Positions 41,536-52,401 of a stretch of DNA of 64,000 bases are shown here, piece by piece (position 1 is the stretch's first letter; each line of letters starts with the position of its first letter). The notes under the pieces are model-generated. The model had not been told where the DNA came from. It saw nothing but the letters and a program-made list of their open reading frames with translations, and did not search any database. The stretch is taken from the NCBI GenBank assembly GCA_965197475.1, contig CBDANF010000003.1, positions 3,040,001 through 3,104,000 of the forward strand, in the 5' to 3' direction. Source of the stretch: Candidatus Poribacteria bacterium (GTDB lineage: Bacteria; Poribacteria; WGA-4E; WGA-3G). Made by a program: the position numbers and the translations under genes.

Positions 41536-42588
41536 ATGTATAAAATCGGTCTCATCCCAGGCGATGGAATCGGCCCCGAAGTAACACGTGAGGCTATGAA
41601 AGTCTTCGGGGCGGCAGCTGCACAGGAAGGAATTCAATACGAAACAGTTGAATACGATGTCGGTGGAGACCGATATCTGGCAACTGGCGAAGTGTTACCG
41701 GATTCTGTATTGGAAGAACTACGAGAACTTGATGCTATTTATCTCGGTGCAATCGGACATCCAGATGTCAAACCAGGTATTCTGGAAAAAGGCATCCTAC
41801 TAAAAGTACGGTTTGAACTTGATCTCTATATAAATCTACGTCCTGTCAAACTCTATCCGGGTGTACCTACACCGCTCAAGGACAAGGGACCCGAAGATAT
41901 TGATTTTATCATCGTTCGTGAAAATACGGAAGGACTATACGCCGGAATCGGTGGATTTTTAAAACGAGGCACCCGTGATGAAGTCGCAATTCAAGAGATG
42001 ATTAACACCTATAAAGGTGTGGAGCGATGTGTACGCTATGCGTATGAACTTACCCGGAAGCGCAACAAGGAAAACACCTTAACCCTATGCGATAAGGCAA
42101 ACGTCCTGACTTATGCACACGACTTGTGGCGGCGCGTCTTTGACGAAGTCGGAGAAGACTATCCAGATATTAAAAAGGAATACGCATTCGTTGATGCTAC
42201 GACGATGTGGATGGTCAAAAATCCAGAATGGTTTGATGTGATCGTAACCTGTAATATGTTCGGAGACATTATCACTGACCTTGGAGCGATGATTCAAGGC
42301 GGTATGGGAGTAGCAGCATCAGGTAATTTGAACCCAGAGAGTGTCGCCATGTTTGAACCGATTCACGGTTCTGCCCCACGTTATACAGGAAAAAATCAGA
42401 TTAACCCGATTGCAGCTATCGGTGCTGCAGGTATGATGCTTGACCACCTTGGACACTCTGAAGCAGCAGCTAAAGTTGAGAAATCAATCAGTGATCTACT
42501 GGCAAGCGGGAAAATTAAAGATCTGGGGGCAGGACGAATGGGATATACAACTGAAGAAGTCGGAGATCTCATCGCACAAGATTTGTAA
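41536..42588 (+). CDS. leuB: 3-isopropylmalate dehydrogenase
   Basis: [41 protein letters not shown]. Confidence 0.9.
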   Translation: MYKIGLIPGDGIGPEVTREAMKVFGAAAAQEGIQYETVEYDVGGDRYLATGEVLPDSVLEELRELDAIYLGAIGHPDVKPGILEKGILLKVRFELDLYINLRPVKLYPGVPTPLKDKGPEDIDFIIVRENTEGLYAGIGGFLKRGTRDEVAIQEMINTYKGVERCVRYAYELTRKRNKENTLTLCDKANVLTYAHDLWRRVFDEVGEDYPDIKKEYAFVDATTMWMVKNPEWFDVIVTCNMFGDIITDLGAMIQGGMGVAASGNLNPESVAMFEPIHGSAPRYTGKNQINPIAAIGAAGMMLDHLGHSEAAAKVEKSISDLLASGKIKDLGAGRMGYTTEEVGDLIAQDL

Positions 42589-42604
42589 GCCATTTCAATG
42601 GCTC

Positions 42605-43357
42605 TCACGCTAATTGTGCGGTAAAGTTTATCCGATCTGAAGCGCGAGTACACCGATTGAAGGTATACATATTGAAAGCACTCAGCATCTTGTAGCCTGT
42701 AGCTTTCAGTAATTCATTCACCGTTTGCACCTCAAAGATTCGTTGCTGATGGACCTCTTCGTAACGTCTAAACAACTCACCTTCTCGGAGAAAAAATGTT
42801 AGAAAAGTTCTGCACATCTTGGAATGATAGAGGTAATTGTTCTTCCAAACGTAGGAAAAATCCTCGTGGTTCTCGGAAAAAGTCTTGTTGTGAAAATGCT
42901 CTACGATATTTCGTTCTGTTGTTACATCAAAGATAAACAACCCACCAGGTGTGAGATGCTCTAATACAGTTTTGAACACACTGCTTAATTCATTTTCGTT
43001 AACCGCATAATTTATGCTGTCATAGGTGCAAAGGATAACGTCGAACTGCTGATTTAACCGAAAATTGAGCATATCTCCATGATGGAATGCAATTTGTAAA
43101 TCCTGATTTTCTGCTTTTTCTTGAGCAACATTTAACATTCCTATTGCTCTATCTATCCCAGTCATCGTATATCCTTTTGAAGCTAATAGGAGGGTCAATG
43201 CCCCTGTGCCACACGCCAAATCAAGGATATTACGAGGTTTACAACCGTATTTCCCGAAAAGAGATTCGATATAATCACCCCATCGAGGATAGTTGACGTT
43301 TCGCATCATCCGGTCATAGGCAAAAGCAAATTTTTCATAAGGTGGCGTTATATGCAT
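42605..43357 (-). CDS. class I SAM-dependent methyltransferase
   Basis: LDLACGTG, GDM, DSINY, LTPGGLFIFD. Confidence 0.9.
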   Translation of the reverse strand: MHITPPYEKFAFAYDRMMRNVNYPRWGDYIESLFGKYGCKPRNILDLACGTGALTLLLASKGYTMTGIDRAIGMLNVAQEKAENQDLQIAFHHGDMLNFRLNQQFDVILCTYDSINYAVNENELSSVFKTVLEHLTPGGLFIFDVTTERNIVEHFHNKTFSENHEDFSYVWKNNYLYHSKMCRTFLTFFLREGELFRRYEEVHQQRIFEVQTVNELLKATGYKMLSAFNMYTFNRCTRASDRINFTAQLA

Positions 43358-43366
43358 TGATATTAA

Positions 43367-43756
43367 TTACTCAATTTCCCGTTTATATCCCACAGAAGCG
43401 TTGAGCATCCTCAAGAGAGTATTGATTTCCACTGCTTCCCAACTTTCGTCAGCATTTGCTGCAATAGCATATTCACCTGCAGCTTTGATTTTCCGAAGGT
43501 TGATCTTTCCTGTGATAAAACTAAACGGAAGTTGTTGCGCTCTACTTTTGACTCGTTCAAATGTATTTATTATATCATCACGGTTTACACCTACTGGTGC
43601 CTGTCTAACCATAGCATCCTTCAACATCTCCGTGCCAAAACCGAAAAGTGCTTTGATAATAAACCACTGTAAGATTGAAAGGCAAACCATAAAAATTAAT
43701 AATATCGTTAACGCTTTGGTCAGATGACGTTTCCAAGTCGGGGTCTCGGTACTCAT
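43367..43756 (-). CDS. hypothetical membrane-anchored protein
   Basis: 129-aa ORF with AGAGGT RBS and one TM segment, co-oriented with the methyltransferase. Confidence 0.7.
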   Translation of the reverse strand: MSTETPTWKRHLTKALTILLIFMVCLSILQWFIIKALFGFGTEMLKDAMVRQAPVGVNRDDIINTFERVKSRAQQLPFSFITGKINLRKIKAAGEYAIAANADESWEAVEINTLLRMLNASVGYKREIE

Positions 43757-43916
43757 TTTCGCTTACCTCTAAATAATGCTCAGCTTAATCACTAATATTA
43801 ATGAGATGAAATATAATCAAATATATTAGCATTTTATAGGGATGTTGTCAATCTAAAACTAAATGTTCTTTTGATCTACCAGAACACTTAACCACAAAAC
43901 AAAGCCGATAACCATT

Positions 43917-45026
43917 ATGAAAATAGGTATTGTAGGTAGACCGCATGTCGGGAAAACGACAGTTTTCAACGCTTTAGCACATTCTAATGCTGAAATTGGG
44001 GACTACACCGGCAAGAAACAGATAAATCTTAGCACTATTTCCATCCCAGACGATAGGTTGGAACCGTTACGTGATGTTTTTCAGGCAAAAAACATTGTCC
44101 CCGCTACGATTGATTACGTTGATAGGGGCGGTACTTCTCGCTCCACAATGCGTTCTGATGTTGATCAACTACAACCCGTAGAATTAGATGCTAACGTACT
44201 CGCAGAACTCCGCACTGTTGACGCGCTTGCACATGTTGTCAGGCTTTTTGAAGATGAGACAGTGCCACACGTTGACAGAAACGCTAACGGTGAACGGGAC
44301 ATTGAAACTGTAGATTTAGAGTTTGCTTTCGCAGACCTACAGATTATTGAAGGTCGACTCAATAGACTTGAAAAACTTCTGAAAAACCAGAAGACCCCTG
44401 AACATCAAAATGAATTTCGGATTTTAGAGGAGTGTCAGCAGACCTTACAGCACGGAAAACCGCTTCGCTCCCTTACAATATCAGATAACGAGGAAAAGTT
44501 AATACGCGGTTATGGGTTCTTAACACAGAAACCTCTACTACTTATCTGCAACATCAGTGAAACGCAACTGCATGAAACGGATGAAATTTTTAAGCGTTTT
44601 GCCGAATATGAAGCACGACCACAAACCGCTATCATCGTTCTCGCCGCGCAATTAGAGATGGAAATCGCTCAACTTGATCCTGATGACGCAGAAGTTTTTA
44701 TGGTTGAGATGGGATTGAATGAATCCGCTTTAGAAAGGTTTATAAAGATTTCCTATCAACTCATGGGATTGATAACATTTTTTACGGGCGGTCCAAAAGA
44801 AGCGAGGGCATGGACGCTTCGGAGTGGGCAAACTGCTGTTGAAGCAGCGGGGGTAATCCATACCGATTTTGAACGCGGATTTGTTCGTTCTGAGTGTATT
44901 AACTGGGAAGATTTAGTAAATTGTGGTAGCTATACCCAGGCACGCAGCAAAGGACTGTTGAGAGCCGAAGGAAAAACATATCAGGTTCAAGAGGGTGATG
45001 TTTTGACAATCTTAGCGAATCCATAG
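43917..45026 (+). CDS. ychF: YchF/Obg-like ATPase
   Basis: GIVGRPHVGKTT, HVVR.F, LTQKP, FFT.G..E.RAW, AGVIHTDFERGF, EGK.Y.VQ.GD. Confidence 0.88.
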   Translation: MKIGIVGRPHVGKTTVFNALAHSNAEIGDYTGKKQINLSTISIPDDRLEPLRDVFQAKNIVPATIDYVDRGGTSRSTMRSDVDQLQPVELDANVLAELRTVDALAHVVRLFEDETVPHVDRNANGERDIETVDLEFAFADLQIIEGRLNRLEKLLKNQKTPEHQNEFRILEECQQTLQHGKPLRSLTISDNEEKLIRGYGFLTQKPLLLICNISETQLHETDEIFKRFAEYEARPQTAIIVLAAQLEMEIAQLDPDDAEVFMVEMGLNESALERFIKISYQLMGLITFFTGGPKEARAWTLRSGQTAVEAAGVIHTDFERGFVRSECINWEDLVNCGSYTQARSKGLLRAEGKTYQVQEGDVLTILANP

Positions 45027-45077
45027 ATGTCAATTTAAAAGTACTAAACATTCGCTTCGCGCGGTAGGCACGGCAAC

Positions 45078-45737
45078 CTAAACACTAATTAGCGACTCAT
45101 TTCGCAATTTTGCTATAGCATCCATCATCTGTACGCCCATCTGTTGATACATTTCGCGTTTTACATCAGACTCAACGATTTCGGAAAAATCAATCGGTTC
45201 TCCAAACGTTACTGTCACCTTTGCGCGACGAGGGCGTTTACTCCCACGAGATAACATTTTTCCTGCCCCATTATGATAAACCGGAATTGTTCGCACATTT
45301 GCGCGGTGTGCTATAAAAGATGCGCCATCATGCGCTTTACCCAAACTACCATCAACACTCCGCGTGCCTTCTGGAAACATCAGCACAACATTACCGTTTT
45401 TCAGAAGAGAAATCGTTTTTCGCAATGCCCCTAAGTCGGGTGCGCCTCTATTTACGGGATAAGCATTATAAGCAGTGATAAGCTTACCTAAACCCGGAAC
45501 ACCGAAAACATTGCTCCGTGCCATAAAATGTATTTCACGATTAGCGGCAGAGCCCACTATAACCGGGTCCAATAGACTGATGTGGTTTGATACAATCAAT
45601 ACGCCACCTTCCCTTGGAATATGATGAACACCTTGTGCTTCAAGGTGTCCCATTACTTTACAAAATAGATTTGTGAGTCTATGTCCCCACCGATATACTC
45701 GGTTTGGTGTCCAGAATTGATTATTGGTATACCACAT
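45078..45737 (-). CDS. plsC: 1-acyl-sn-glycerol-3-phosphate acyltransferase
   Basis: NHISLLD, FPEGTRS. Confidence 0.92.
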   Translation of the reverse strand: MWYTNNQFWTPNRVYRWGHRLTNLFCKVMGHLEAQGVHHIPREGGVLIVSNHISLLDPVIVGSAANREIHFMARSNVFGVPGLGKLITAYNAYPVNRGAPDLGALRKTISLLKNGNVVLMFPEGTRSVDGSLGKAHDGASFIAHRANVRTIPVYHNGAGKMLSRGSKRPRRAKVTVTFGEPIDFSEIVESDVKREMYQQMGVQMMDAIAKLRNESLISV

Positions 45738-45754
45738 GAAAACGTGTCGTAGCG

Positions 45755-46462
45755 TTAGTGCTTAACCCTCCGTGCAATATTTTGAGCTTTTCCAATCCCG
45801 ACTTTTATCTGTGCAACTATAAAATCAACCACTTCGTCAATCGTTTTACCCGTTGTATCTATGCAGATAGCATCCTCAGCAGTTCGCAGGGGACTGTGTT
45901 CTCGTGATGTATCCTTCTTATCGCGTGCACTAATTTCAGCTTCAACGGACTCTAAAGTCGTATTCACATTTTGGGCTTCAAGTTCAGCAAATCTCCGTTT
46001 AGCACGTTCTTGGACAGAGGCATCAAGATAAAATTTTAAATCTGCGTTTGGAAAAACGATAGTCGTCAAATCGCGTCCTTCTGCGATGATACTTCCTTCT
46101 TCGCCAATTCTCCGTTGATGCTTAACAATCTCATGCCGAATCTCTGGAACTTTCGCAATATCAGCAACTAATTTGTTTACTTCAGGGGTACGTATTTGAA
46201 CTGAAACATCGTCAGAATTGAGAAGAATTGTTTTGCCATTATCCTGAAATTCAATATGACACGTTTTTACAAGGTTAATGAGTTTAGGGGTATTATCCTC
46301 TACGCCATTTTGTATTGCCAGCACTGTTACCGCTCGGTACATCGCCCCGGAATCAAGGTAAAGCAATCCGAGTTTTTCAGCAACGCGTCGCGCCACAGTG
46401 CTTTTCCCAGATCCGGCAGGACCATCCATCGCAATCGTCACGTGATCTCCAATCTTTATCAT
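45755..46462 (-). CDS. cmk: cytidylate kinase
   Basis: DGPAGSGKST, LDSGAMYR, EGRD, RD..D..R..SPL. Confidence 0.97.
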   Translation of the reverse strand: MIKIGDHVTIAMDGPAGSGKSTVARRVAEKLGLLYLDSGAMYRAVTVLAIQNGVEDNTPKLINLVKTCHIEFQDNGKTILLNSDDVSVQIRTPEVNKLVADIAKVPEIRHEIVKHQRRIGEEGSIIAEGRDLTTIVFPNADLKFYLDASVQERAKRRFAELEAQNVNTTLESVEAEISARDKKDTSREHSPLRTAEDAICIDTTGKTIDEVVDFIVAQIKVGIGKAQNIARRVKH

Positions 46463-47395
46463 CTACTTCCTAATGTTCTCTCTGTTTATAACTATATCTT
46501 GGGCTTCCGTAAGTACCCGTTTAATTTCAGCATGATCATAATTTTTAAGAAAGGTTTTGAATTCGGTCAAATTTTCGACGAACACGTCCATTAAAGGCAA
46601 AAGGACATCCGCATTCTGCGTAAAAATACCGGTCCATAATTCAGGCGAACCTGCAGCGATGCGCGTGGTATCCTGAAAACCGGTCGCTGTAAAGTCCAAC
46701 GCCTTACTATCAAGTGTCTCCACATCTGCCACGCTGTTGGCAAGTATACTTGCAATCAGATGGGGCAGGTGACTTGCAGCACCGATGAGCTGATCATGAA
46801 CTTCAGGCGAACACACATAAGGCACTGCACCGACAAATTCCCATAGGTGCTTAACCAACTGTAAGGCATCCGCATCTGTGTGTTCTGTCGGGGTTAAGAT
46901 ACACTTCGCATTTTCAAAAAGGTCCGCCCGCGCAGCACCAACACCTGTTTCGTGTGAACCTGCCATCGGGTGCCCTCCTACAAAAGAAATACTTGATGAT
47001 GGCATCATCTGTAATTGTGTCTCAACTGACTTAACTAATCCCGATTTCGTGCTCCCCACATCCGTAAGCACGATTTGTTTTTTTTGTGTTCCAACCAATT
47101 CAATGATACGTTTAACGAACATCGGAACAAGTGCCACAGGTGTGCAGAGCAGAACAAGGTCGCTGTCGCAAATTCCCTCTGTCGCCTCAGTTGTGACATG
47201 ATCAACTGCATCCTGCTGTTGTGCGTATTCAAGTCTGCTGATGTTCCGTCCTAAACCGACGCGTTGCCCCTGAAATCCGTTTTTTTTCAGTGCCAACCCA
47301 AGCGAGCCGCCTATTAACCCGACACCCCATATTGTAATTCTACGAATTTTTCTTATTTGTTGTATGGCAAGGTTCGGTTTGTGTTTTGAAAACAT
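46463..47395 (-). CDS. tyrA: prephenate/arogenate dehydrogenase
   Basis: GVGLIGGS, DVGSTK, GGHPMAGS, HD...SHLPH, DTTRIA. Confidence 0.93.
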   Translation of the reverse strand: MFSKHKPNLAIQQIRKIRRITIWGVGLIGGSLGLALKKNGFQGQRVGLGRNISRLEYAQQQDAVDHVTTEATEGICDSDLVLLCTPVALVPMFVKRIIELVGTQKKQIVLTDVGSTKSGLVKSVETQLQMMPSSSISFVGGHPMAGSHETGVGAARADLFENAKCILTPTEHTDADALQLVKHLWEFVGAVPYVCSPEVHDQLIGAASHLPHLIASILANSVADVETLDSKALDFTATGFQDTTRIAAGSPELWTGIFTQNADVLLPLMDVFVENLTEFKTFLKNYDHAEIKRVLTEAQDIVINRENIRK

Positions 47396-47732
47396 ACAGC
47401 AGGATTCCTATGGACAGTGTTCATTCTATTTTAAGGGAATCTTATCGCCTATGTCAAGCGAAAACGTCAAACTATTTGATTTTTCACCGACTTCAATGAA
47501 CATCTGGAATTAACTTTCAAACATCAGCAAGTAATATTTGTAGCGTCTTCATTCTCATTTCTCTGACTATCCCCAGGGTTATTTAGTTTTCGATTTTTCT
47601 ATTGTAATTTATCACAAACGTTAATATTTTATGATATGCAGATGTAGCATGACTTTTCTCGCTACATCTGCTATACTTCGCCTTAAAAAACAAACTCTTT
47701 TGAGGTGAAACAAGACAAGACACTCCTCTTGC

Positions 47733-47860
47733 CACTTGATTAATATGTTAGCAGAAGTGCCAGATCCACGCAATAAAAAAGGCAAATGACATCCGTTGAA
47801 GTCAATCCTTGCCCTTATCGTCATCGGCTTGATATGCGGTCATTAAGGTTATACTTCCGA
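47733..47860 (+). pseudogene. ISAs1-family transposase N-terminal remnant
   Basis: HLINMLAEVPDPRNKKGK*HPLKSILALIVIGLICGH*GYTS, with two in-frame stops. Confidence 0.8.
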
Positions 47861-47989
47861 AGTGGTGCGGATTGAAGACGATATACCGCGAAGACTATAC
47901 ACACTCATCGAACCGAATACCCGGAATACAGAGCATTTTGCGATGGGATTGGAGGAAATTGATCCGAATAGCGAGATTCCGATATCTGT

Positions 47990-49045
47990 TTAGTGGCTAT
48001 TTGCCCTAAAGAAGGCATATTGCCAACCAAGCGTAATCTGCCATCTGTTTTTGAGTTGTATTCCTTCAAAATATTGAACGATGGGGAGATGAAACTCAAC
48101 TGCCAGACGTTGACCTGCAAATGTACCTTTCGGTATGAGTAGGTTGCTTGAAATCAAGAGGTCCAATCGTGTACTGCCGCGGAAATCTGGACGATGACTT
48201 GGACTCGTTTTTTGATTCAAGTTGGGATGGCTGCCGCTGATATTTCCTATGTGTGAAAACAGAAGTCTGCCGCTAAGACTAATCCAGTTGCTTATGCGCC
48301 GCGCGCTCCATGTGGTGGCATTAACAAAGTTCCCCTGCCGGTATTCATTCGCGTTTGTATGTAGTGGAAAGGCACCGCGTAGTTGGATGCCGTAAGACCA
48401 ATTGCCACGATGTGAAAATAATGTAATGCCTGGCCTTCCCTCAAAAGATCCACTACCAAGTTGCATCGGATAAGGAAACGTGTGTCCATCAGCGTCCTTT
48501 TGTGTGATTGATCCTGTTGGGATTGAAAGACCGACGTTGCCGATTAGTGAAAGGTTTTCTGTTTTCCACAATGTGAGCAGAGAATCCAATTTAACATCAC
48601 CGATGCCTGAACTTGACATCTCATGGATGCCTACGGGGTGTGCATGGTGCCCTTCTTTATGATGATGTGCGCCCTCCATTTCCATGTGGCGTTGTTGAAA
48701 ATTTGCCATCCCCATGAGGGTGACTTTGTTATGTATTGCAAACATTGCTCCGAGCATGTGCATCTGCATCCCCATCTGTGTCGGTGCCACCATAAAATCT
48801 TTGAGTACATCAACAGTTTCAAGGGGGGTGTTGCCAGATTGTAGTCCTTGCATATTCATCGTCATAAATCGGTATGCAAGCATCATTTCACCTGATTTAT
48901 GTGCATGGTCACCCATTACACCGATAGGGGCGTGGCTATCGGGACAAGAAGTTGTTGCATCCGCTAAGAGGAAAGTTGCCGTACTGAGAAATAAAAAAAT
49001 AGCGATGTTCGTTCTATTAGGTTTCAATCTTTTCTCCTTTTTCAC
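47990..49045 (-). CDS. Met/His-rich outer-membrane beta-barrel ('transporter' family), possible copper binder
   Basis: Signal peptide, DSHAPIGVMGDH, MGMQMHM, HHHKEGHHAH, GIGD, YPMQLGSGS, terminal GWQYAF. Confidence 0.8.
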   Translation of the reverse strand: MKKEKRLKPNRTNIAIFLFLSTATFLLADATTSCPDSHAPIGVMGDHAHKSGEMMLAYRFMTMNMQGLQSGNTPLETVDVLKDFMVAPTQMGMQMHMLGAMFAIHNKVTLMGMANFQQRHMEMEGAHHHKEGHHAHPVGIHEMSSSGIGDVKLDSLLTLWKTENLSLIGNVGLSIPTGSITQKDADGHTFPYPMQLGSGSFEGRPGITLFSHRGNWSYGIQLRGAFPLHTNANEYRQGNFVNATTWSARRISNWISLSGRLLFSHIGNISGSHPNLNQKTSPSHRPDFRGSTRLDLLISSNLLIPKGTFAGQRLAVEFHLPIVQYFEGIQLKNRWQITLGWQYAFFRANSH

Positions 49046-49160
49046 TGAAAATTCTGATTAAAACAATTGAATATGCGCGTTCTGAAATGCAAGTTAAAGT
49101 GAAAAGGCAGGTAGGGCACCTGCCTATGTATTGAGGATTTCTGATGGCAACCTTTACACA

Positions 49161-49478
49161 CTATCGACTGCCGCAACCACACCCACGGGCTGTCTGAGGT
49201 CCTGTTTTGCGTGCAATGGGAACCACTGGACGTGTCGCTTGTTGTGAAGTGGCGGAACGTTGCACTTTCTGAGGGGTGGAACCGCAACAACCACCTATAG
49301 AGCCAGTCGTTGTTTTGCTAACCGTGGCGGGACCACAACAACTATTAGTAGTCGCAGTGGGTTGCTCTGTTTCGTCCGACATCGTAGTTGAAACGTTCTG
49401 TTGTGTGAGAGCGAAGACCGTTATACTTCCAGCCAATAGAATGAGGATAGCAAGTTTCCAGATCCATTTTTTTCTCAT
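49161..49478 (-). CDS. small exported Cys-rich protein
   Basis: AGGAG RBS, signal peptide, SCCG, GGCCG, GCGCG. Confidence 0.75.
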   Translation of the reverse strand: MRKKWIWKLAILILLAGSITVFALTQQNVSTTMSDETEQPTATTNSCCGPATVSKTTTGSIGGCCGSTPQKVQRSATSQQATRPVVPIARKTGPQTARGCGCGSR

Positions 49479-49657
49479 GAGAATATTCTCCTATCCGAAA
49501 AATTTGGTAAACCAATTCGTATTCTTAATCGTTCATCATCCAAGGCATCCACCCTATTTTGAGATGAGGATTTTCTGCCTTCATAGTTAACGAATGCAAA
49601 TTGTAGGTGAAACTCTCATAAAATCCAATTTTTTCTAAGAATTAAAATGAGGAAGCT

Positions 49658-50194
49658 TTAAAAAAACTGTAACCTTCCACCTCGCAAAATGATGTCTTTT
49701 CCTTTTTTGTACAGTGTAACCTGCTTTGATTGAATCTGTTTCACGCGCACATCGTCAAGGATGTCCCCTATTTTGACGATATGCAAGCGATTTGAACGCC
49801 GCTCCAATATAAACGCCTTTGAATCCGCTGCATGCTGTGAAACGGCTGTGCCGATGAGGGTATAGTCCGGCTGTTTTTTAGGCGGATGCCAACCAAGCGG
49901 ACGGAAGATATTGTTGTCAATAATGAACTGGTAAAACTCATCAGGAGTTTTCGGGGTTGTGCTGCTGAAACGTACTGGATTTCGTTTCCTTTTACTATCT
50001 TGAGGCGGAAACTGAACCGCTGTTTTTTTCTCAATCGGATTTGTTGCAGGTAGTTTTTGGACGGTTTGCATTTTTTGAAAACCGATATCTCTGTGTAACT
50101 TAGCGGGCATCTTTCCTTGCGCGGACAGATACAGCACACCAGCAATGACAAACAGAATAATGATCATACTTATAACACCGGTTTTTATGGACAT
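49658..50194 (-). CDS. GspC/PilP-like membrane-anchored protein
   Basis: N-terminal TM, NIFRP, YTLIGT...AFI, VKIGD, VKQI...VTL pattern. GGAG RBS before MSIKT. Confidence 0.65.
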   Translation of the reverse strand: MSIKTGVISMIIILFVIAGVLYLSAQGKMPAKLHRDIGFQKMQTVQKLPATNPIEKKTAVQFPPQDSKRKRNPVRFSSTTPKTPDEFYQFIIDNNIFRPLGWHPPKKQPDYTLIGTAVSQHAADSKAFILERRSNRLHIVKIGDILDDVRVKQIQSKQVTLYKKGKDIILRGGRLQFF

Positions 50195-50344
50195 GTTGTG
50201 ATCTCCCAATATAAAGGAAAAGGCAGATAACACGTTATCTGCCTTGATTACCTTGTACCTTTAATGTTAGTCCTTACTATCACATGAGTGTGGAAGGTTA
50301 ACACGTTAGTATTCACTAATTACATGTCGGAAAACCTCTGTAGA

Positions 50345-52286
50345 CTATGGACAGCAGCAGTAGTTTTCTCCACACTCGGTGCTTGGAACACCGGAGGCGG
50401 ATCCTATCGTACAACTACCTTGGTCGTTGCAATAGTCTGCATATTCGCTTTGACCACACCCATAGGAAGCTCCACCGTTATTATTTGCACACAAACAGTA
50501 CCGATGTCCACAAGGTCCGTTACTTGTTGAGTCGGATGTTGTTGTGCAGGAACCGCTGTCTGAACAATAGTCATGCTCAGCGTTATAATCACAACCGTTG
50601 CTACTGGTACCTGTGTTGGTGCTAATGATAGTATCAGAACTGGTGTCATCGGAAGTGCCACCATCGTTCCCGTTATTGCTGGTGTCTTCGGAAGTACCAC
50701 CGTTATAATTTGCACACAAGCACCACCTATGCTCACAAGGTCCGTCACTTGATGCATCAGATATTGTTGTACAGGTGCCATCGTCTGAACACCAATCATG
50801 TTCAGCAACGTTATTGCATCCGTATGAGGCACTTGTGGTAGAGATGTCGTCTCTATCGGGGTTTATCACAGGACTTGTTGTGGTTTCACTGCTACCCTGC
50901 CTATTACTATCGCTCGGAGCTCGGATGATATTACCGTCTGCATCCGAACCTCTTTCAGGAGGTATTCCATTGGGTTCTGGTCGCTGGGGAAACGAAGGGG
51001 ACTTCAAATCGTAATCCTGTAGATGATGAGTGTGATATTGACTCTCCAAGTCAGACAAAGCATCAGCGACTGGCCACATATAGCAGTTCATGTCGCTCTC
51101 ATTCCAACTAGGGCAATGGCGTAGATGGACCCCATGTCCAATTTCATGGGCAATTGTACTAGCTACAGATTCGTCAATGGTGTTATTGAGCTGAGCTTGT
51201 GTCCAATTCCATTGGTTCTCACTATTCCACCTTGTCCAATCTTCCACCGCAGCCCCAGTATAAATAAAACCTTTGGTTCCAGAATAGGGAGGAGCCAGTA
51301 CTCATTTCTCCAAATCCCTCTACTGGTGCGTTATTTATGATTGTCCTGGTTTCCTGTTGGAGTCTGATTCCGTAAACGGGAAAAACCCCTTGCTCCATTG
51401 GGGCTGCAGATGCCTTATATTTATAGACAATACCGTAATCAAAATTAACTTCATTGAAATTCATGAGGTGGGGCATCATCTCGGGGAGCCCCGATGCTTT
51501 TCCGTAACCATGGGGTGTTCCATCAGTTTTTATGATATCGGATGTGATGAAGACATCCCATCTTTCGGGGTCAGTATCTGTCCAGGAGCCGTCAACCTCA
51601 ATCCCTCTATATTCGTCAAGTACAGTAAGTCCATCTCCACGTTGGGTATTTGGGGAATCGGGCCCAATTTCTTCATCCCAATTCGCTACATAGTTTTTGG
51701 AGGGGTTGTTGTTATTTGGATCTGCGGTGGTTTCATCGTTTCGCCATGAATCCGCAATCTTGTTGCCGTTGATGTCGCGAGGTATGATGATCGATACTGG
51801 GTACGCGTTGCCAGTGGATCCAGTTGCGTCCAACGTTAATACGCCATAAGCTGCGTAGTCTGTACTGTCTACTTGGATGGATTTGTAACTCGTCACCGTA
51901 GAACTTGTATTATTTGGCAGTATTTCTTGACTAAGTCTTGTCTTAGATGACTCCACTTCCCATCCCGTGTTAATAGAATTGTCGCAAAAGAGGACGAGGT
52001 CCGGATTCAAAGATCTAGCTGTGAGACAATTTCCACATGCCCCGGTGTAATTCGTTACGCCAGAAAGCGTTGCGTAGAGGTCCCCGCCAGAGTAATAGGG
52101 TGGTTTTGTGATTTTTATCGTGAAAGTAAGGGAGTTATTTGATTCTGGATGCCACGTCACAGGCAGCTCCCTGGAAAGATGCGGTACTGCTAGTTGTACT
52201 TTTTGTTGTTGCACTTCTGCAATATTTTCGATGTTAAAAAAAACAAAATGGCATAAGATGCCGACTAAAATGTATGTGAGTCTCAT
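50345..52286 (-). pseudogene. secreted metzincin-like protein with three C-terminal 6-Cys repeats, frameshifted near 51295
   Basis: ...GEMSTG in the 51222-52286 frame continues as PPYSGTKGFIYTGAAVEDWTRW in the 50345-51247 frame. HEIGHGVHLRH plus CYMWP Met-turn. Confidence 0.7.
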
Positions 52287-52401
52287 AAAAAATTCTCCTT
52301 TTTATTTACAAACGGGTTATATTGGGCTTTTCTTTTTAGTAAAGTCATAACACGTTGAGCACACAGTATCTCAGCAAACACGGTCTGTTGACCTGGTAGA
52401 A

